64,000 bases of DNA. It comes from Chloroflexota bacterium. Its GTDB lineage: Bacteria > Chloroflexota > Dehalococcoidia > SM23-28-2 > RBG-16-64-32. Each line of letters opens with the position of its first letter. Position 1 is the stretch's first letter. The DNA lies in the NCBI GenBank assembly GCA_029262695.1, contig JAJCYV010000042.1, forward strand, positions 6,518-70,517, written 5' to 3'. The position numbers were made by a program, and so were the translations under genes. The notes under the pieces were generated by a model, which was not told the origin of the DNA, ran no database searches, and saw nothing but the letters and a program-made list of their open reading frames with translations. Below, piece after piece: positions 7,745-13,984 of this stretch.

Positions 7745-8419
7745 ATGCCCCGGTCGCCCCTCGGGGAGACGTTGCGAAAAGCCCGCCTCGACAAGAAGAT
7801 CACGTTTGAGGATGCGGAGAGAGTAACGAGGATACCCCGCAAGTATCTCGAAGCCCTCGAGCTTGAGAACTTTGGAATACTACCAGCCCCGGTCTACGCC
7901 CGGGGTTTCTTGCGTTCATACGCGAGTTACCTGGGGCTTGAGCCCCGGGACTTGCTGCCGTTCTTCCCCGTCGGCCACGTCGAGGAGCCCGTTCTGGAGT
8001 CACTGCCGGAGGTCACGGAGCCCCGTACCTGGAACCCGAGTAGCCTGATCGCGATCGCTGTCGTCGGGGCGCTGATCGTGCTTGTCGTTGCGCTCTACTC
8101 GCTTGGCAGCGAGAGCAGCAGCCCGGACTTCCGCGACGGGGGCCTCACAGGCGCGCAGAACGATGGGGTGCTCACGGGTGACGACCCCGGTGCGGGAGGC
8201 CAGGGGCAGGTGGTGGGCGGCCCCGCGAACGCCCTTCCCGACCTCTCCGGCCAGACGCTTCAGGAAGCGGTCACGATCGTTGAGGAGACCGGCGCCACTT
8301 ACCTCATCGTCGGCACGACCGAGGGTGACATCCCGGTCGGTGTCGTCGTCGCGCACAGCCCTGGGCCCGGTGACACCGTCGGCCCTGGTGATCTGGTCAC
8401 GATTACCGTCAGCCAGTAG
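7745..8419 (+). CDS. RodZ-like HTH / transmembrane / PASTA-domain protein
   Basis: ATG 7745 follows GGAGGAGG. N-terminus LGETLRKARLDKKITFEDAERVTRIPRKYLEALELENFGILPAPVYARGFLRSYASYLGL is RodZ-type HTH. TM segment LIAIAVVGALIVLVVALYSL. C-terminus LPDLSGQTLQEAVTIVEETGATYLIVG...VVVAHSPGPGDTVGPGDLVTITVS is PASTA-like. Confidence 0.85.
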   Translation: MPRSPLGETLRKARLDKKITFEDAERVTRIPRKYLEALELENFGILPAPVYARGFLRSYASYLGLEPRDLLPFFPVGHVEEPVLESLPEVTEPRTWNPSSLIAIAVVGALIVLVVALYSLGSESSSPDFRDGGLTGAQNDGVLTGDDPGAGGQGQVVGGPANALPDLSGQTLQEAVTIVEETGATYLIVGTTEGDIPVGVVVAHSPGPGDTVGPGDLVTITVSQ

Positions 8420-8428
8420 CGCGGGGCG

Positions 8429-8725
8429 TCAGCCAAGCCCGTCGATAATCTCCGTCTCGACGTCCAGGATCTCCGCGTCGAGCCGCTCCTTGCGCACGAA
8501 ATCAACGACCGCCGCCAGTACCTGGTCCGCGTGACGCTCGTCGTTCGAGACGCAGGCCGCGGCGATCGTGGCGAGCTGCCACGAGTCGTTGTCGCCGACT
8601 TCAGCGGCCGATACCTTGAACTTGTTCTGCAGCCGCGCGAGGAGCGACTTGAGCACGGCCCGCTTGCCCTTGAGCGATTGATTCTCCGGCAACCGCAGTC
8701 GTATCCGGCAGACGCCGATTACCAT
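8429..8725 (-). CDS. DUF503 (YlxP-like) protein
   Basis: Distal 98 codons of track ORF 8429-8950. MVIGVCRIRLRLPENQSLKGKRAVLKSLLARLQNKFKVSAAEV is the DUF503 signature. Confidence 0.85.
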   Translation of the reverse strand: MVIGVCRIRLRLPENQSLKGKRAVLKSLLARLQNKFKVSAAEVGDNDSWQLATIAAACVSNDERHADQVLAAVVDFVRKERLDAEILDVETEIIDGLG

Positions 8726-8741
8726 GGCTGGACGCGACGCC

Positions 8742-9371
8742 CTACGCGGCGTCCTCCGTGTCGCCAGCGTCGCGTTGATCCGCTTCGCCTGCGTCGTCTT
8801 GATCCGTATCGTCCGCGTCGTTGCCCTCTGGCTGCTCGGGCGTCTCGGCGGCCTCGAGTTCGGGCAGGGCGGGCAGGTCTTCCGGCTTTTCGAGGCCGAA
8901 GTGCTCGAGGAACTTGAAGGTCGTGCCGTAAAGGTACGGGCGTCCGGCACGGGGCGCGCGACCGACCTCGGCGATGAGGCCGCGCAGCTTCAGCATGTGG
9001 ATGCCGTAGTCGCAGCCCTTGTCGAGGATGCGTTCGACGGCGCTCTTCGTGATCGGTTGCTTATAGGCGATCACTGTCAGCGTCGCCAGCACGGCGGGGG
9101 AAAGGCGGACGTTCTCGTCGATGCCCAGGAAGCGCTGCACGTAGACGGTGTTCTCGGGCGCGCTCGTCATCTGCGCCGCCGTCTCCGAGCGTTGAATGCG
9201 GACGCCGCGCGGCGCGCTCTCTTCGGCGAGGTTCTCGACGGCGCGGGCCACGGCGGATTCGCTCTCCTCGGTGAGCCGGGCCAGCGTCTTGACGTCGACA
9301 GAGCCGTCGGCGACGAAGAGGATGCTTTCGACGGCGCGCTTGAGGGCGTCTGGCGTCATGCCTGTGGGCAT
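8742..9371 (-). CDS. scpB: Segregation and condensation protein B
   Basis: 209 aa. ESILFVADGSV...LSPAVLATLTVIAYKQPITKSAVERI...RAGRPYLYGTTFKFLEHFGL matches ScpB. Confidence 0.92.
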   Translation of the reverse strand: MPTGMTPDALKRAVESILFVADGSVDVKTLARLTEESESAVARAVENLAEESAPRGVRIQRSETAAQMTSAPENTVYVQRFLGIDENVRLSPAVLATLTVIAYKQPITKSAVERILDKGCDYGIHMLKLRGLIAEVGRAPRAGRPYLYGTTFKFLEHFGLEKPEDLPALPELEAAETPEQPEGNDADDTDQDDAGEADQRDAGDTEDAA

Positions 9372-9378
9372 GGGCTGC

Positions 9379-10128
9379 TTACTGAGGCGGGCGGGGGTCG
9401 CCGGGGCGCTCTTCGTCGCCCTTTGACGCGTCGTATACGAGCGTGTCGGGCGAGGCGTCTGCGTGCTCCTGCGCAGGCGGTTCGGTGGGTGTGCCGGTAA
9501 GCGGTGGAGGGGTCATCCCGGGCTGGACAGGCGGCGGCTGCGGCGGTTCCGGTGGCGCAATGACCGTCGTTGCTCCGTGATCGCCGGAGCGTGATCCACC
9601 GAAGGCGATGCGCACGTCCGGCGTGCCGGAAACGGGCAGGCCCAGGTCTTCGTGCAGCGTGTCCACCACGGCCCGCACGGCCTGCTGCGTGACGTCGCCG
9701 ACGTTCGCCGATTGGATGACAGTGAGATCGATGGCGACGGCCACTCCCTTGTCGCGCGGCCGGACCTCCGAGCGCGCGGCTGTGACGGCGCTGAGCGCGA
9801 GGAGCGACTCCTCCAGTCGCAGCCGCAGGGCGTCCGCGGGGATGATCGTCGTCGCGCCGGCTTGCTCGATCCGCAGCTCTTTGACCTCGTCATCGGGCGC
9901 CAGCTCGACGACGATCCAGAGCAGCGCCAGGACGGCGAGCGCAAGCGCTCCGAGCGTGAAGACGAGCTTACCGGCGGTGCCGTCGTTGTCGTCCAGGAAC
10001 TCGACGATGTCCGCCAGGGCGTCGATCGACTCCACCGGCGCCGCCCAGGTGAGGAAGACGACGACGGCAGCCGCAACGACGCACGCGGCGGCGCAGAGCA
10101 CGACGAGGTAGCGGTTCATTTCGTTCAT
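9379..10128 (-). CDS. Membrane protein with two N-terminal TM helices and a Pro-rich tail (AmaP/Asp23-anchor-like architecture)
   Basis: 249 aa. ATGA overlap with the mtaB stop. Function not recognised with confidence. Confidence 0.75.
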   Translation of the reverse strand: MNEMNRYLVVLCAAACVVAAAVVVFLTWAAPVESIDALADIVEFLDDNDGTAGKLVFTLGALALAVLALLWIVVELAPDDEVKELRIEQAGATTIIPADALRLRLEESLLALSAVTAARSEVRPRDKGVAVAIDLTVIQSANVGDVTQQAVRAVVDTLHEDLGLPVSGTPDVRIAFGGSRSGDHGATTVIAPPEPPQPPPVQPGMTPPPLTGTPTEPPAQEHADASPDTLVYDASKGDEERPGDPRPPQ

Positions 10129-11444
10129 GGCGGTGCGGGGACTCCGTACACTCCTTCACCTTCAAGCCGCTCCAGGCGGGCGGCGGTCAGGCGGTTCGTC
10201 AGGTCGGAGTCGCTGGAAGCGTAAACGCGCACGTAGTCACCGGTCAATCCCTGCCAGCGGCCCTCCGTCTGCTCCTCCCAGAGCACGTCAGCCGTGTCGC
10301 CGAGCCGCCCCTGCCGGTGGGCCTTCGACGAGCGCTTCTGCAGCGTCAGCAGGCGTTCCAGGCGCTCTCGGCGCGTCTGGGGCGGCAGATGGCCGTCCAT
10401 GCGGTCAGCGCCGGTGTGCGGCCGGCGTGAGTAGGGGAAGCAGTGCATGTCCGCGAACGAGGACTCCTCGCAGAGGCGCAGCGTCGCCTCGAAGTCAGCG
10501 TCGGTCTCGCCCGGGAAGCCGGCGATGACATCGGTCGTGATGGCCGCCGCCGGCAGGTGCTTGCGGATCAGTGAGACCGCCCGGCGGTACTCGTCCGCGG
10601 AGTAGCGGCGGCGCATGGGGCCGAGCACGGCGTCTGAGCCGCTCTGGAGCGGGATGTGGAAGTGGGGACAGAGGCGCGGATCGGACCAGAGGGCGAGCAG
10701 GTGAGTGCCGATGTCCTGCGCCTGCAGCGACGAGGTGCGGATGCGCGGGAGCGATGTGCGTTGAAGCAGTTCGGCGAGCAGACGCCGCGGGCCCTGTTCC
10801 TCGCGCGGCCAGCCGAGGTCACGGCCGTAGTTGCCGAGCTGCGTGCCCGTGAGCACCACCTCAAGCACACCGTCGGCCTCGCGCTCCTGCACCTGGCTCA
10901 CGACGTCGGCGATCGGGACGCTCTGCTCGCGGCCGCGTGTGTACGGCACGATGCAGAACGCGCAGAGTTCGTCGCAGCCTTCCTGGATCTTGATGAAGGC
11001 GCGAGTGCGCAGGGGGTTCCCCGACGGGCCTGTAGGGCGTACGGGAGTCGGGCAGCCGGCGTAGGGGTCGCCGCGGTCCTCCAGGCGCGAGAGGAGGCGC
11101 TCCGCGATCTGTGGCTTCTCGGCGTTTGCGAGCACGGCGTCGGCGCCGATGACCCCGGCGATGTCTGCTGGTGCGGTCTCTGCGTAGCAGCCGGTGAGGA
11201 CGATCTCTGCGTCCGGTGAGAGGCGCCGCGCCAGCCGCACGAGGTGACGCGCCTTGCGGTCCGCGACGTGGGTGACGGAGCAGGTGTTGATGACGAATGC
11301 TTGAGCGCCGCGCACGGGCCGGTCGACGACGCGCACGCCCTCGCCGGCGAGGCGGCGAGCGAGCGCTTCGGAGTCCGACTGGTTGAGCTTGCAGCCGAGG
11401 GTCAGCACGGCCACGGTCGGCTGGGCGTCAGTCGTTTGAGTCAC
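10125..11444 (-). CDS. mtaB: Radical-SAM tRNA methylthiotransferase, MtaB/MiaB family
   Basis: 439 aa. N-terminal UPF0004 domain (VAVLTLGCKLNQSDSEAL), radical-SAM CDELCAFCIVPYTRG, C-terminal TRAM-like region. Confidence 0.88.
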   Translation of the reverse strand: MTQTTDAQPTVAVLTLGCKLNQSDSEALARRLAGEGVRVVDRPVRGAQAFVINTCSVTHVADRKARHLVRLARRLSPDAEIVLTGCYAETAPADIAGVIGADAVLANAEKPQIAERLLSRLEDRGDPYAGCPTPVRPTGPSGNPLRTRAFIKIQEGCDELCAFCIVPYTRGREQSVPIADVVSQVQEREADGVLEVVLTGTQLGNYGRDLGWPREEQGPRRLLAELLQRTSLPRIRTSSLQAQDIGTHLLALWSDPRLCPHFHIPLQSGSDAVLGPMRRRYSADEYRRAVSLIRKHLPAAAITTDVIAGFPGETDADFEATLRLCEESSFADMHCFPYSRRPHTGADRMDGHLPPQTRRERLERLLTLQKRSSKAHRQGRLGDTADVLWEEQTEGRWQGLTGDYVRVYASSDSDLTNRLTAARLERLEGEGVYGVPAPP

Positions 11445-11520
11445 TCAGCCATGATAGGTGGCCGTGCGCGGCCTCGTCCAACGGAGCGACGGTGCTGCGG
11501 AAGGGGCGGGCGGCGCTGGC

Positions 11521-11679
11521 TCAGCTGCCGCAGTGGGAGAAGCCGCACACGGGGCAGGTGGAGCAGCCCTCGCCGAACACGAGCGGCCCGGCGCAATCGG
11601 GGCAGCGCGGTCCCTGAAAGAGCCTTAGCCGAAGCTGAGTCGCTGGAGTCTGCGTGATCGTCGCGGTTGCTGTTGCCAT
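11521..11679 (-). CDS. 52-aa zinc-ribbon mini-protein resembling the Cys-rich C-terminal tail of class II ribonucleotide reductase
   Basis: Not in the track (below its length cut-off). GGGAGG SD lies 6 nt before ATG 11679. Translation: MATATATITQTPATQLRLRLFQGPRCPDCAGPLVFGEGCSTCPVCGFSHCGS. Co-directional with mtaB, 76 nt upstream of it. Confidence 0.55.
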   Translation of the reverse strand: MATATATITQTPATQLRLRLFQGPRCPDCAGPLVFGEGCSTCPVCGFSHCGS

Positions 11680-11691
11680 GTCGTGCCTCCC

Positions 11692-11730
11692 TAGAACGCC
11701 TGTGCTAATAGTAATAGGACAGGCGTTCTA
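11692..11730. promoter_or_regulatory. Perfect 12-bp inverted repeat TAGAACGCCTGT-N15-ACAGGCGTTCTA (operator or RNA hairpin)
   Basis: Read directly. The loop contains TAATAG TAATAG. Lies in the divergent region between the mini-ORF/mtaB unit and the glycerate kinase gene, abutting the mini-ORF SD. Confidence 0.5.
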
Positions 11731-11777
11731 TTGTCAATACGAAATGGCACCAGCCGCACGGAGTACTTCAGACGCCG

Positions 11778-11783
11778 TATAGT
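11778..11783 (+). promoter_or_regulatory. -10 hexamer TATAGT exactly 6 nt before ATG 11790 (leaderless-type start)
   Basis: Sequence is TATAGT ctccac ATG. There is no SD in the gap. Confidence 0.45.
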
Positions 11784-11789
11784 CTCCAC

Positions 11790-12920
11790 ATGCGGGTCAT
11801 CGTCGCGCCGCAGGAGTACAAGGGCACGCTAACGGCCGAAGAGGCCGCGGCGGCGATCGCCGAGGGCGTTCGCCGTGCCCTGCCTGACGCTGGCATCGAG
11901 ACGGTACCGCTGCCCGACGGCGGCCCGGGCACCGTCCGCGCTATCTCCTCCGTGGCCGGTGGTGAGACGCGCAGATGCCGCGTCCAGGGGTCGTTGGGCC
12001 TTCCGGTTGAGGCGGAGTGGGCGCTCCTCCCCGGCGGCACGGCGATCATCGAGATGGCGGCCGCCTCTGGCCTGGGGTTGCTTGCCGAAAACGAGCGCGA
12101 CGCCCGCGTGACGACGACGCACGGCGTCGGCGAACTGGTGAGCGAGGCGCTGGACGGCGGCGCGCGACGGCTGGTCATCGGCCTCGGCGGCAGCGCGACG
12201 AACGACGGCGGCGCGGGGATGGCGACCGCGCTCGGCGCGCGCCTGCTCGATGCGAACGGCGACGAGATCCCGCCGGGTGGCGTCGCCCTCGGCCGGCTCG
12301 ACCGCATCGACGCCGGCGGCCTCAATCAGCGCATCGCGGGAGCGGACGTGACCGGCGCCAGCGACGTGACGAACCCGCTCTGCGGGCCGGAGGGTGCTTC
12401 GCACGTATACGGGCCGCAGAAGGGCGCGTCGCCGGAAGCGGTGCGCGAGCTGGACGCTGCGCTGGAGAACTACACCCGCGTGATCGAGCGCGATCTGGGC
12501 GTGGCCGTAGGCGACGTGCCGGGCGCCGGTGCGGCCGGTGGCCTGGGCGCGGGGATCATCGCCTTCCTCGGCGCGCAGATCAGGCCCGGCGTGGACGTCG
12601 TCGCCGAAGTGGTGCGCTTCCGCGAGCGGTTGGACGGGGCCGATCTCGTGATTACGGGCGAGGGCCGCCTCGACGGCCAGACGCGCTACGGGAAGACGGT
12701 GGCGGGAGTGGCGCGGCTGGCGTCGGATGCGGGCGTGCCGGTGATCGTCGTCCCCGGCGGGCTGGGCCCGGGCTGGGAGTGGGCGCTGGGCGCTGCTGCG
12801 GTGGTGGAGCCGGTTTCCGGCGGAGGTGCGAGCGTCGTGCCTGCGCCGGCCGATGCGATCGAGGCGTTGAGCGAAACGGCAGAGCGCGCGGTCAGGCGCT
12901 GGCTGTCGGCGTCACGCTGA
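11790..12920 (+). CDS. Glycerate kinase
   Basis: 376 aa. MRVIVAPQEYKGTLTAEEAAAAIAEGV...VPLPDGGPGT and GEGRLDGQTRYGKTVAGVA are typical of the glycerate kinase family. Confidence 0.9.
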   Translation: MRVIVAPQEYKGTLTAEEAAAAIAEGVRRALPDAGIETVPLPDGGPGTVRAISSVAGGETRRCRVQGSLGLPVEAEWALLPGGTAIIEMAAASGLGLLAENERDARVTTTHGVGELVSEALDGGARRLVIGLGGSATNDGGAGMATALGARLLDANGDEIPPGGVALGRLDRIDAGGLNQRIAGADVTGASDVTNPLCGPEGASHVYGPQKGASPEAVRELDAALENYTRVIERDLGVAVGDVPGAGAAGGLGAGIIAFLGAQIRPGVDVVAEVVRFRERLDGADLVITGEGRLDGQTRYGKTVAGVARLASDAGVPVIVVPGGLGPGWEWALGAAAVVEPVSGGGASVVPAPADAIEALSETAERAVRRWLSASR

Positions 12921-12936
12921 TAGCTCCGCGCGGGTG

Positions 12937-13437
12937 TCAGTTAGCGGGGTGTTGCGTGGCCGGTTCGTCCCGCGGCTGGAAGAGGTGCAGGAAGACGAGC
13001 GCTGCCAGCGCGGCCGACCCGGCGAGCGGCACGATGATGCTCTCGAACGTGAAGTCGCTGGTGACTAGCCAGTGATAGAGCTGCGAGGCGGCCAGGGCGC
13101 CCATGTGGATGAGCGCCAGGAAGAAGACGGCCCGGTGCTTCGGCGGGTCGCGGAAGGCGTAGATGTAGAGCGCTGCCAGCGGAATGCCCTGCCAGCCGAG
13201 CGCGAAGCCGCCAAGCGCACCGTCCAGCTCCAGCTCCAAGGTGCCCTTTTCGAGCGTCGCCAGGTGGTTCTCCAGGAAGAGGCCGCTGCTGGTGAACGTC
13301 TCCGCCAGGACGCTCAGGACCGACCATCCGGCAAGTATCAGCAGCATCAGGCGCGGGCGCTGCGCCAGCGTGATGAAGGCGTTTCCGCCGTCACCGGCCG
13401 GTTCCACCCCCGTTGCGGTTCCAGGCGCGTCAGACAT
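12937..13437 (-). CDS. Hypothetical integral membrane protein
   Basis: 166 aa with 4-5 hydrophobic segments. AAGGAGGG SD before ATG 13437. Confidence 0.7.
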   Translation of the reverse strand: MSDAPGTATGVEPAGDGGNAFITLAQRPRLMLLILAGWSVLSVLAETFTSSGLFLENHLATLEKGTLELELDGALGGFALGWQGIPLAALYIYAFRDPPKHRAVFFLALIHMGALAASQLYHWLVTSDFTFESIIVPLAGSAALAALVFLHLFQPRDEPATQHPAN

Positions 13438-13447
13438 TCAGCCCTCC

Positions 13448-13816
13448 TTAGCCCATGCCCAGCTCGTGCAGGCGGTCTTCGTCGATGCCCATGTAGTGGC
13501 CGATTTCGTGAAGCAGGGTCTTGCGGGCCTGCGCGACCATCGCCTCGACGGTCCGGCCGACCCGTTCGTGGCTGCGCTGGTAGATGACGATGAGGTCCGG
13601 GGCGACCATCGAGTAGCCGTGTGTGCGGCTCGTGAGTGGTATGCCCAGGTAGGCGCCAAAGAGGTCGGTGCCGGGGCGCAGGCGGTGGCGGCGGCGCTCG
13701 GCCGGCGTCGGGGCCCAGCGTACCTGGACATCCAGGTTCTCGATCGCCTGCTGGAACTCTTCCGGCAGCTCATCGAGAGCCTGGCTGACGACGTCCTGGA
13801 ACTCGCTGCGCGTCAT
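13448..13816 (-). CDS. Minimal zinc metallopeptidase (zincin-like, DUF1025-type)
   Basis: Distal 122 codons of track ORF 13448-13909, from MTRSEFQDVV. HExxH site in TLLHEIGHYMG. The first 31 codons of the track ORF are a read-through of the heptamer array. Confidence 0.82.
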   Translation of the reverse strand: MTRSEFQDVVSQALDELPEEFQQAIENLDVQVRWAPTPAERRRHRLRPGTDLFGAYLGIPLTSRTHGYSMVAPDLIVIYQRSHERVGRTVEAMVAQARKTLLHEIGHYMGIDEDRLHELGMG

Positions 13817-13846
13817 TCGCACGTTGGCAACATTGTACGGGAACGG

Positions 13847-13962
13847 GCGACAGGAGACAGGAGACAGGGAACAGGTGACAGGGAACAGGTGACAGGGGAC
13901 AGGTGACACGGGACAGGGACGGATGCCGCCTCATGTTCCAGGTTCCGGGATCCCCGTTCCGG
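13847..13962 (+). repeat. Largest heptanucleotide array: 10-11 units GNGACAG/GGAACAG followed by an inverted block of GTTCCNG units
   Basis: GCGACAG GAGACAG GAGACAG GGAACAG GTGACAG GGAACAG GTGACAG GGGACAG GTGACAC GGGACAG (13847-13916). Then ...CAT GTTCCAG GTTCCGG GATCCCC GTTCCGG (13935-13962). Confidence 0.92.
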
Positions 13963-13984
13963 GGCGGGTGGTGTGGGGCAGCGC

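Noticed and set aside
13847-13962. Heptamer arrays as CRISPR arrays.
   Set aside because: The units are 7 nt and directly abutting with no spacers, far below CRISPR repeat size. No cas genes are in the window.
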